Source: Tubulanus polymorphus
Taxonomy: Eukaryota > Animalia > Nemertea
Assembly: GCF_964204645.1 (NCBI RefSeq)
Contig: NC_134033.1
Coordinates: forward strand, 8,564,655-8,628,654
Direction of reading: 5' to 3'
Length of the DNA stretch: 64,000 bases
Position 1 is the first letter of the stretch. Each line of letters begins with the position of its first letter. The notes below the pieces were generated by a model. That model was not told where the DNA came from. It saw only the letters and a list, made by a program, of their open reading frames with translations, and made no database searches. The position numbers were made by a program, and so were the translations under genes. Shown here one piece after another: positions 1 to 11,300 of this stretch.

Positions 1-527
1 TGGGCTCATATCTGCATGTATTAATTTCGCAAAATTCTGGGGGGGGGGGGCCCTGAGCTGGACGGACTCACTGTGGCCAACCGGTCTTCCCTGTGCTACA
101 GTGCTCCATTCCGTGCTTGGGTAAGTGCTCTCTTTTTCCCTCTTACCTTGCGTTTGAGCGGTGGTTTTTCTATCTACCTTTCCCACCATCCTTGTGCTAG
201 GCTAGTCTAGCAAAAACCATAGGAAAGGGTACAGTACTCGACGGAAATATTACAATTTTTGGAACTAAAATTTGTATTTCCGAGTAGTACTTACCCTTTC
301 CTATGGTGGGAATCCCGCCCACCTGCCATGCATAGCTGTTTTTTTTTGGTCTGCTATGACGTAAAAAGATGGCGGATTTCGCCGGTGGCTAAATGCAATA
401 CCGCAGGGCCGGGTCGTATAGAAAAACCATTGACGATCAATCCAAATTTAGAAAATATTGGCAAAAACCATAGGAAAGGGTAAGTACTACTCGGAAATAC
501 AAATTTTAGTTCCAAAAATTGTAATTT
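1..527 (+). mobile_element. 3' end of a DIRS1-like retrotransposon (ICR plus right ITR), copy 1
   Basis: 1-290 is near-identical to 25339-25598. ICR ~200-307 is complementary to both element termini. ~364-480 is the reverse complement of the left end of the copy at 20005. Confidence 0.88.
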
Positions 528-1083
528 TAACTGAGAATTACAACAACAACCCATTAAACACTGATTCCAACAAGCTACCTTCAAGAAGCGCTATAAAGAT
601 AAAAAATCAACACTCACCTGCGATAATAAACAAATACACACGGAACAAATAATAATTATTTGATTATTATAAGGCTGTTTATTTCATACATCCGCTCTTC
701 ATGGATGTATTCAGCGAATGACCCGGATTTCTGGTTTCATCCCCTGAATAGAAACACAGTGGCGGCACAAGCTGGTCAAGATCAAAGTCCATGTCGTGCA
801 GAATATTAATTGAAAGTACTCGTCATCACGTACTGCCTGCAGGCGTTAAATGTTGTCCCCGATATTGAGTCTTGTGAGAAAAAGCAACGTTACAAAAATC
901 TATTGAGATTTATTGTAGAACTTACGAAAACTTATGAATACACTGGATACACTATCCATCAACAGCTACTTACCCAGGAGCTGAAATTTACCGGCAGTCT
1001 TTTAAGAAATTGGTGAACGGAAATTCACATCTCCTAAATACTCAATGTCACACACGGCTAGTTAAGCACCATAGTAATAATAT

Positions 1084-4000
1084 CACCCTTCCCCTTTTTC
1101 TTCATTTTTTTATTATGTCCACTCTTAAACATTATATGCATATATATTTAAAAAACATATTATTTCATCAATTCTCGTATCATGTCTGACAACGCCTGAA
1201 GTAACAACGGATTTACTGACACCAGGTCGTACGTTAATTTCCGAATCTGCTCCTGATGAGACAGTGTTTCCGTTTTTAATCGAATTACCATTCACACCCA
1301 TTGTCAATCCCTCATCCTCCTCACGCTCTTCATCAGCTGGCTCTTCCTGATCAGGTGATATCATGTCATTGACATCCGAAATATCCACAGGAGTTGCATT
1401 CTCAAAATTCGCAACCTCTCCAGGAGGAACAACCTCTGGAGTGGATACATCCGCCCCCAAGTTGACATCATCGGTAGCTCCAATATCATTGAATATCATT
1501 GGAACCGTAGATGAACGGGAACCATCGCCCAGTCCTCATCCTCTGACTCTGTGGATTCTTCATTCTGATCCTCAAAGTTATTTACAGGTGGTTTATCGTC
1601 ATTTTCCGGTTGTTTCAGTTCATCTTTCCTGTTGACGAGTTTTACCGGTGCCATCCAACCGGGCTAATTTGAAGACAGGCACATGTGCTGAAACTTTATC
1701 GAGAACTTCATAGGGTTCCGATTCCCATTCATCAGCCAGTTTATGCAGTTCCTTTAATCCCTCTCTCTTTACCAACTCTACCTCACCATTTTGAGTTCCG
1801 CACCTTTAGCTTTCTGGTCGTATAATAACTTGCGATGATAACCAGTGGTCCGAAGACTCTCCTTCGCAACCTTCAAAAACAGCAAAATCCAGCTGCTGTT
1901 CCAGATGCTTTTTGTACTGGGTAGGTGAGACTGGTGCATCATCAGGACCCCACCCGTAGTACTGATCAACGGGCAATCGTGGCCTCTGGCTGAACATCAA
2001 GTAAGTTGGTTCAAACCGTAAGGATGTGTGTGGTGTACAATTGTACGCATACATCAATGGTCCTATATATTCATTCCAGCGATGCTTCTTTCCCGGAGGC
2101 AGAGTTGTGAGAAGATGTATCAACGTTTGATTAAATCGTTCCACTACTCCGTTTCTTGCTGGATGGTAAGGTGCGGTTTGTGATTTTCGCATCCCGGTTA
2201 ATTGACACAATTCCTTGATTATGGGACTTTCAAATCCCGGACCCTCGATTGGATGCCCCATAATGAAGAATCACCTCATTAAAGATGACACGGGGAGTTG
2301 TGTTTCATTATGGGTGGGCACAGCAATTACAAATTTGGTGAAATGGTCCGTCATTACCAATATTTTCTCGTATACCCACGATTTCTCCAACGTCAGGTAA
2401 TCTTAAAACAATACTTCCAAAGGGGTAGGATGTTGGAGTATTCTTTAAAGGTGCCAGTTGTCCTGGAGTTGCCGCTTTGGAAATACATCGTTTGCATCAT
2501 CGTGAAGTTTCTGCAGATTCCAACCAATCTGCGACTGTGGTAGCCATAACTGCAACTCAGTCCCTCCATCCCCTGGAACTCTTCTATAAAGTAGACCATT
2601 GTGTACCTCCAAGAATTTAGAATTATGAAATTTTCGCTTAGATACAATACAATCAAGGATCAGCCTGGCAATAGGATCCTCATCTTGCAATGCTTTTATA
2701 TCAACAGCTGCCATACAGCTGGATTGCCATCCCTGTGTACGATCGGTATTATTCTCGCATATCGCAGAAAGCTTTTCAGCTCTTATTCGATTCAGAGGGC
2801 TCCGTGACGGCGCATCTGCATCCCCATTCTACATCTGCTTTGATACTCCAGTTCGGTATTGTAAACCGAGAGCGCCTGTAACCAGCGATGCCCTGTGGCG
2901 TCAAGCTTGGCCGACGTTAATGGGTTCGAATCTGTTTTCACCAAGCACTTTCCGCTGTAGAGGTAATCATAAAACTTCTCGGTTACCGCCCATTTCATTG
3001 TGAAAAATTCCAATTTGTGAGCCGAATATTTTTCTCCGAAGCACTTAATCGGCGACTGGCATACAATATCACATCCCATATTCCATCAGTATCAGTTTGA
3101 TACAGCACTGCCCCCAGACCCGACTGTGCAGCGTCAGTGGGGAGCTCAAACGGTTGGCAAAAATTCGCAAAATCCAACACCGGGGCCGATGTTAACGTTG
3201 TTCAGCAGTTTTCCTCTTTCCTTGGTTATTCCGGAAAAAAGTTTCGTGAGATGAGCGGCAATACTCGTGTAGCCTTTAATGAATCGTCAATAATATCCGG
3301 TAAAACCCAAAAATCTTCGAACATCCGCTGCGGTTTGAGGAACACTCCAATCGTTGACGGACGATAGTTTTGAAGGATCAGGGGTCAATACCTTTTTCGG
3401 ACACCTTGTGACCCAGATATATTGCAGACGATCTCAAAAACTCACATTTAGAGGGTTTCAGTTTTAATCCAGCTTTCTTCAATCGATCAAACACCTCTAA
3501 CAGCTCTAGATGTTCATTAAATGTTGCTGAAAATATCAGGATTCAGTTCCACAGTTGTGAGTCAGAGTTAACTCTTGAGTTAAAGTTAGTTCATTTTCAA
3601 TGAGTTAACCCAGGGTCAAATCTTAACTCAGAACTGTGGAACTGGACCCTGGATGTCATCTATGAACACGATACAATCTCGCAAGTTCATATCCACTAAA
3701 ACTCGCTCCATGAGCCTTTGGAAAATGGAGGGAGCATTTGTCAATCTGAAAGGCATTTGATTGAATTCTCAAAACCTAAAGCTGGGTCCTACATTAAATG
3801 CTGTTTTACGTTTATCTTTTTCACTCATCTCAACCTGCCGGTATCCTGATCTAGACTAGTAAAATACTTTGCCTCTGCAACACTCTAATAGCTCGTCTGC
3901 TTGAGGCAATGTCTGACGATCTTAAACTGTACGACGATTAAGGGTCAGGTAATCAACGAAAATCTCAAACCACCATCTTTCTTTCTCACAAGAACCACTG

Positions 4001-5250
4001 GAAACGAGAATGGCAAAAAGAAGGCCTTGTAACACCTGCCAATACGATCATGTTCAGATGATCCCGAACCTCTTGAATCATTGACGGTGGAACCCGTCAA
4101 TACCGTTCCTTAAATGGAACATCATCTGTTAAATTAATTTCATGCTGAATCATGGATATGCAGCCCATATCAGTATTTAAAAAAAGGAAAATACTGACAG
4201 GTGTTTCCGCAATGTATCTTTCAATCTGATGACCTGCTCGGGAGTAGCGTCACATTCATCCCACTTAAACAGTTCCAGGAATTTATCATCCTCGCCTGAC
4301 CCAATTAATTTAGTCTGCTGTTTTAGTGTGGTTACAGGATCCTTCATCGTCGGATTCACCTGGTCAACTGTGCATATAACAGCCCTAGAGGGAATCGTAA
4401 CCAATCGGCAGCCAACATTTCGCAAACACACACTGATCCTATTGCATCCAACAGGTTGATCTTGGACAACGTTGGTACTAGCATCAACGTTCCCGGTAAA
4501 CTAACCTGTTCTGTTGTGCAAGTCATTGCCATCTTCGAATTTTGGGGCAACTCCCGAAACTACTCCACGGACTGATACTCGATACATCGGAGGAACAGTA
4601 ACCTCCCGGGTTGTCCCAAATTAAAACAAAAATCGCTATTCTACTAACTAAAAATGATATTTAACATTGGAGTCATGCAAAAAAAAACAAAACCACAAAG
4701 ACAAGCTGTTTCAAACATGAATCTTGCAAAATTAAAACAAGCAGAAAAGCATAAATTGCGCTATCCTTGCAGTAAATATCAAAATGCCATAAATCAAATG
4801 AATATAACTAGAGTCTCTTTCTCCACAACATAAAACAGAACGACCACCACACTGAACACGTAGACGCACACAAGCCAACAGTTAATCCAGTACCGGTTTA
4901 AAACTTAGTTATTGGTTGCAGTCAATTATTTCTGCTACTACTTATCGAAGCTTACCAGTAGTTTAACGATTCGCCTAACTTATCTACATCTAGGTTCTTG
5001 CTATTCTACCACCATGGATCCCTGACCACCGAGCTAATTCTCGCCACATTTGATCCCAGCAAATCAATTTTGGTCGAACACAACGAATGAATAGCGGTCG
5101 ATCACCACGAATAGATATCAGTTGATCACCACAAATAAACACCGATCGATCACTACGAATAAACTGATCAACACGCGGACAATCGAATAGGCCCGAACCG
5201 GGCGCCGTGCTGATTGACATTAGACTCTTAGATTTTCTTACGATTTAGCG
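1084..5250 (-). mobile_element. decayed Gypsy/Ty3 LTR retrotransposon (pol: RT, RNase H, integrase)
   Basis: Integrase YHPARNGVVERFNQTL and YNCTPH (1806-2261). RNase H TDAAQSGLGAVLYQ and YSAHKLEF (2800-3180). RT MPFRLTNAPSIFQR and VFIDDI (3650-3760). Polypurine tract at ~1084-1100. Many stops and frameshifts; outer borders approximate. Confidence 0.88.
3540..3648. mobile_element. 109-bp MITE (PIF/Harbinger-like) inserted in the Gypsy RT
   Basis: TIRs GATTCAGTTCCACAGTT / AACTGTGGAACTGGACC flanked by CAG and CTG. Removing it restores FIDDILIFS. Confidence 0.8.
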
Positions 5251-5685
5251 TTTATTTTACGTAGTATTTATAACGTCGAGTACTGATGATATAGTTTACA
5301 GGATGAAAAGGTTAAGGTACACTGCCATAATAGACTTAAAACTGTCATAAACTGTGCATTTACTTGCGCGATGTGTTTCAATTCAATTCAACCTATTCAA
5401 TCAGTTGCCGTGTAAACAGCGCACAAATTTCAGCGGTCGATGCTTCTAATCAACATATATTGACATTCTAGTATCAGAATATCTATAATTTTTACAAAAG
5501 TGCCATCGATTGATAACATCACATGAAAAGAAAAATAGGACATCCTACTGATATACATCAATCAGTTTTCTTGTCGGTGCAGGCTTGTTGGAAGATTGTT
5601 TGAATGAACCAGAACCAAATTTCCAAAATATATAGTCTGATTTAAACAAAAAATTCCGCATATTCGACCGCTGATCGCACAATTA

Positions 5686-6293
5686 CCGTATTTTCCGGCC
5701 AATAAGCCGAGGGCAGTTTTTTAGCCTAAAATACATGGATTTCATAAAGCTTCGCCCAATAAGCCGAGGCCCTTCATCAGAGATTTTAATTCACTGATTT
5801 GTCAATTAGTTCGTCTTAATTGACGATTTAAGAGGCTGACAGTAGCGCCCGCCGATGTGTGAGAGTGCTGTGTATACTATCATCGCCGAGTGACTGTGCT
5901 ATATATAGACTCACTCAGCTGATTACTATACACACAGCCATACACGCAGTGCGCGGCTCACTGCTGATTTGCATATATACTAATGTATGAACTGACACGT
6001 GGTAGTACGATGAACTCGCGCGTTATATAAATGTATACCATTGCCGCTGTGCGGTGATGGAACAATCAAAGTAAAAATAAAATAGTTCAAAATAGATTAT
6101 AATTGGTAGTAAATAATTACCTCAATTAAATATCGACCACTTTTCTTGATTTTGACGATCATTGAGAGCATTAGAGTGGCATAGATCGGGAAGTGATTTT
6201 TTATGTCAGATCGTATCCGCCCAATGAGCCGATCATGATATTTTGGGTAAAAATCTGAGGCTAGAAAATCGGCTTATTGGCCGGAAAATACAG
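5686..6293. mobile_element. Tc1/mariner/pogo-type MITE, 608 bp
   Basis: TIR CCGTATTTTCCGGCCAATAAGCCGA / TCGGCTTATTGGCCGGAAAATACAG; TA on both sides. Confidence 0.85.
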
Positions 6294-7089
6294 TATATCC
6301 ATGCTTCAAATCCGATTTCAGAATCAAACCCCCTGTTTCGCTCCTGGCAGGTGTTGTGGGTTTGGAAAAAAATAATGAAAAACAGAATATAACCTTTGTG
6401 AAACCTTATTGATTTTGGGATTTCTCCGATTCAAGATGGGCGACTCGATCTACTTTCAATGCAGAAACTTCCCGTACACGATAACTCGAAAACTATTTAC
6501 GATTCATGAAATTTTTATGGCATGTGTATGATAATGTGAAAAGGAACTGTATTGTTCTGGGAACTTCTCCGATTCAAGATGGCCGACTTATGACCTACTT
6601 TCGGATCAAAATTGCATGTTTTGAACTGTTTATCGGTACGCTGTCTTCTTTACCTCATCTGTTTCTTCATTCACCTAGGGTTCTGTGATAAATCGCGTGT
6701 GTATGAGCGTGCATTTTGACACAGCTATGTTTACTTTCTACGGTGTCAATAGTAGAAATCAGAAAGTTGAGTCAACTTATCAACTTCACTTCAAAAAGTG
6801 TGTGAACCGAGCATAGCAAATGCCAGTACATGTGGCAAATCACTTAACTGCCATATTGCCAACAGCGATGTGTACGCTACTTATTTACGTTGTTCCTATG
6901 TCATCTGCTCAATAGGCCCACAACTCAACTCATTAGCCCCACAATTCCACAATTATTCTGTACATCCCATTGGACCCATATCTGATTAGTCCAACATCTC
7001 AATGGTCCCACAATTTTTTCATTTGACTTACTGCGCCCGAGATATAAAGACCCGTGGATCTCTTGTTTGTGATGGGAAATTAAAAATTA

Positions 7090-7435
7090 AAAAAAAAGTT
7101 TTCCAAATTGTTCTGATCGCTGAGAAATTGATTGGGGGGGAGGTTTGCTGTGTCTGGCATTATGTTTCACAAGAGTATTTTAGCAGTCGACTGTACTCCA
7201 CCCAAAGATTTTCGTTATGTGCTGCCATCTGGTATTGCCAATATATACAACTGTCAAAAAATAACCAGTGCGTGCTGCCATCTAGAATTGTAACAAGGCT
7301 GTTGAGGAAATCATGCTGGGAACCATCATGCTTTGAGCTTAGTGCCTATGTTGCAGTTTATCCTTAATTTCGGTGATTAACAGAAATTTTTTACAAAAGT
7401 CCCGCTTTTTTCATAATCCCTGGTTCTCATTCCTG
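7090..7435. mobile_element. partial copy of the CAGGGATGAGAA-TIR MITE family (related to 13363-14119)
   Basis: Collinear with 13425-13505 plus 13898-14119; ends TTCTCATTCCTG; left border not seen. Confidence 0.7.
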
Positions 7436-7553
7436 CAATCACACTCTTGCAAAGGATGCTGGTTAAAAAACAATTACCACACGCGTATTATTTTCTATAT
7501 GTACTACAGTAGGGAATTCCTACCTTGATCAGAAAATCAATATTACATGTGTA

Positions 7554-7841
7554 ATAAGATAAAACCTACTATCTACAGATTAAAAGAATTCAAAATCAAC
7601 TATTTATTTATTCAATCTAAAATATATAGAATACACGACGTTTCAATCTCACCCTAGAGATCATCGTCAGGTGCGTCATCGTCACAACAGACGATGATCT
7701 CTAGGGGTGAGATCGAAAAGTCGTGTATCCTATATATTTTAGATTGAATAAATAAATTCTTGTTTTTCAATTCTTAAAATCTGTAGATAGTGGGTTTTTA
7801 TCTTATTATCCGTTCACCACGTTTGAGTGTGGTTTTCGTTC
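7554..7841. mobile_element. Penelope-like inverted pseudo-LTR pair with 13-bp TSD
   Basis: ~115-bp inverted arms (7553-7669 / 7690-7808), each with a CTGACGA-stem-GAAAC-like core and AATAAA. TATTACATGTGTA at 7541-7553 and 7842-7854. Confidence 0.75.
7636..7671 (-). ncRNA. minimal type-I hammerhead ribozyme-like motif (PLE type)
   Basis: Minus strand CCTGACGA T GATCTC TAGGGT GAGATT GAAAC GTCG. The plus-strand mirror copy at 7688-7724 has core mutations. Confidence 0.55.
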
Positions 7842-8226
7842 TATTACATGTGTACGCTATCGACCCAAATACAAACAACCGTGACTGTATATACTGACAA
7901 TTCATTTATTGCTACGTAATTTCTTTCCTATTCCCGTATTGTGTACTGAAAAAATATCTTTATAGTAGTTGTGTAGTTGCCATAGTTGATCACATGATCC
8001 CTAATCAGGCATAGGATTGTTCCCGATTTTCGAAACAAGGTTTGAAAAAACGGGATAACTATTTGCCATAAAAACATTGACTTGCCTGTATCTCATAATG
8101 GTGATGGACACATATCTGATAAAACTACAATCCGTGTCAATAAACACAGTGATACATGTGCCGTGAACAATGTAAAAATACTAAACAAAATAAAAAATCT
8201 TGACTTAGCTACATATGTTTCAATAG

Positions 8227-8379
8227 GTTGAAGGTGATGATGAATTGTATTTGGAATTACCAGATCCTGGCCTTGAACCCGGAATTTTACCAACTGAAAT
8301 TCGAAAATTGGTTCAAAGCAGACGTCAAGTAAAGAAGCTGATGAATACACCTGACCTTTCACCAGAAATGTACATGCAG
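8227..8379 (+). CDS. POLA1: POLA1 exon ([13 protein letters not shown]...EMYMQ)
   Basis: caatag|GTT ... CAG|gtaaaa; [18 protein letters not shown]. Confidence 0.93.
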
Positions 8380-11300
8380 GTAAAATGTTATATTTACAGC
8401 AGTCCATGTTTAGATAGGATGCCTGCCAATCCAGCCATCCAATTAGATGGCTCAATGAAAATTTTGTCTTATCCGAGTTTTAAACTTAAGATTTGCTGGT
8501 GCACGGAAGTTTGCTGAAATGAGGGTTCCACTATATTGTTATCGTTGGAAGTGGCCCCTGGATATGCCCCTATTAATGGTGATTCATCATATGTTACATT
8601 TTATGAATTCTTGTTTGTTCTATTTACAGTACGATATTCGACAGAAAGCATTGAAGTTGACCGCAAACAGTATGTATGGCTGTTTGGGATTTTCACATTC
8701 GCGATTCTATGCTAAACCGCTCGCGGCCCTCGTCACTGGTAAAGGCCGAGAGATTCTCATGAAAACAAAAGACCTTGTTGAAAAGGTATGCAGCATATAT
8801 TTATCGCCTCATAGCAAAATGAAAAAAAAAGAAAAAAGTTTGGAATTTAAAAATTGTCCCTGAAAGTCTTAGGCAAGTAAACAAACAACATGATGTATCA
8901 GAGTTCAAGTGCAGTCATCGGAACTCATACTGAAAAATGAAAAAAAACTTGATATGAAATTGTCTCTGAAACTTGCAGAAAAAATGATTTTCATTTCGAG
9001 ATGAAAAACTCATGTTGAAACACATCATAAATTATATTTGGTCGAAAACTCCAAATTTATAGAGAAGTGAAAATATGAAACTTTATTTTGAGACTTAACT
9101 TGGCTTTTCAATTTTTCAAACGTTAGATGAATCTTGATGTTATTTATGGTGATACAGACTCGATAATGGTCAATTCAAACTGTACAGACATTGAACAAGT
9201 TTATAGACTCGGCAATAAGGTAGGGGAGAACTATGTAGCAAACAACCCCTGATGTTCATAGGCCTAATATAAACAATTTACAACTCTGAAGGGGGAGTTA
9301 AATGTTGAAGTACGTATACGTATACAAAATGTTTTAGCTGTAGGTTCAAAGTAGCCTCAGCTATTAGGCCTAATTTACTACATAAAATGTTGAAAAAACG
9401 TTCAAAACATGACATCTCAAAGTCTAATAAACACATTCGACCACTATGGAGACCCGTACACAGCTGTATAATTGAATACAAGACATTCTAGAAATAGGAA
9501 GAATGATGAACTCAGTATTTCATGGGCATGGGCAACTCCTGAACTGTGATAATTACATACCTTATGGGTACGTACGAAACCTTCGGGTTCTTAGAGTCAA
9601 AAGTGCAGTTTGTTTCAATGAACCTAATTTCTTGCCCTATGTACATGAATCATGTACATAGGGCAAGAAATTAAGTTTATCGTTTGTGTAGTCATGTACC
9701 TTAAGAATTTGGTACCATTTTTCTGCTTGAAAATCAACCCACTCAACCTTTCTTCCAGTTCCTGAGTGAAGAACAGCTCATGAAGCCTCTGTAATGCAGA
9801 TTTCAGTTATTCGTACCATCAGTTTCCATATCTATAGGATTTTCTGTGTTGAAGCAAATGTTCGTATGCTTGATATCCAAGTCAACTGGTAAATGTCTTG
9901 TCAACTAAATTTCATTGAAAAATTTCCTTTAGATCAAATCGGAAGTAAATCGTTTGTACAAGTTACTTGAGATCGACATCGATGGTATATTTAAATCGAT
10001 GTTACTGTTGAAAAAGAAGAAATATGCAGCTTTGAACATGACAAAAGATGCCAATGGTAAATGGACGACGACTCAAGAGTTAAAAGGTCTGGATATCGTC
10101 AGACGTGATTGGTGCGAACTAGCCAAGGAATCGGGAAAGTGAGTATGGACCATAGGCGGTGACATTTCATATTTTGTTTTCTGCTATGCTGCAGATAACT
10201 CAACTACAGTTATGAATATTTATAATCAGAGCTCGATTGAAATTCACCATTGTTTTTTTTTTAGTCTGTACCTTAATTTTGAACTTCCAACTTTGATACA
10301 TAGAGCCTGTTTAATCAACAATGTCATAGTGGGACTAAAAATAACTGCCAATCTTTTAATTTTCTGGAGATAAGCGTGTTTTGTATTTTACAGTTTCGTC
10401 GTCAGTCAAATTTTGTCGGGAGAAGCACGTGAAACGATTGTTGAGAGAATACACGAAAGTTTACTGGAACTCGGTGAGAAAGTGAAAACCAACACCGTGC
10501 CTGTAGAGGCCTATTATATAACAAAGGTATGAAAAAACAATGGAGTTCATCTACACTCTATAGAGTAACTGCTATCGGTTCCATACAGTCTCAATCATGT
10601 TTGGAATGAATTTCTCCTTTCCAGCAACTTACGAAAAATCCTGAAGATTATCCAGATAAAAAGAGTTTGCCTCACGTGCAGGTAGCCGTGCGTTTGAATT
10701 CAAAAGGAGGCAAGCGTCTACGCGCGGGTGATACCGTCTACTACGTCATCTGTAATGTAAGTTGCTTCTTTTACAAGTTGATTAAAATGTTTGCGTGACG
10801 TAAAGGCTGGCTTTTCCGGGACAAATTCCAAAAGCTTGAATTGACTTGAATTGAAGGTCAGTTAATTGTCAATTGATTCAACCCTGGGTGAAAGTCAGTA
10901 TAAGTGCAAGTTATAATCAGTTGGACTCGGGCCTATATAGATAAATGTAGTCTTAGCTATGCTGAAGATTTTTGAATTATTCTGGAGTAAATAATAAGTG
11001 TCCTGTACTATCACTTCTGAGTTGTACGACTGAAATAAATGATTTTCATTCCAAAATTCTGCTGTATGTTCTAGTATCAAAATCATTCATTTCCAGGATG
11101 GATCCAATTTGGCAGCGAGTGCCCGGGCATATCACCCTGAAGAACTTTCAAAATCCGAGACTCTTACAATTGGTATGTAGCTTAGAGAATTTAAATCATA
11201 TGTAGCTTCTTAATCGTTTCCTATTTGTATGGTCAAAGTCCATATAGGCATTGCACCCAGGGAGAAACGCACTAGATAATAGGATGGTTAATATCAAAGC

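Noticed and set aside
530-1083. Gypsy 3' LTR
   Set aside because: Position next to the PPT fits, but there is no second LTR or clear TG...CA border, so it is not called.
1125-1499. Acidic 124-aa ORF as a host gene
   Set aside because: It sits between integrase and the PPT; probably the Gypsy pol C-terminal tail.
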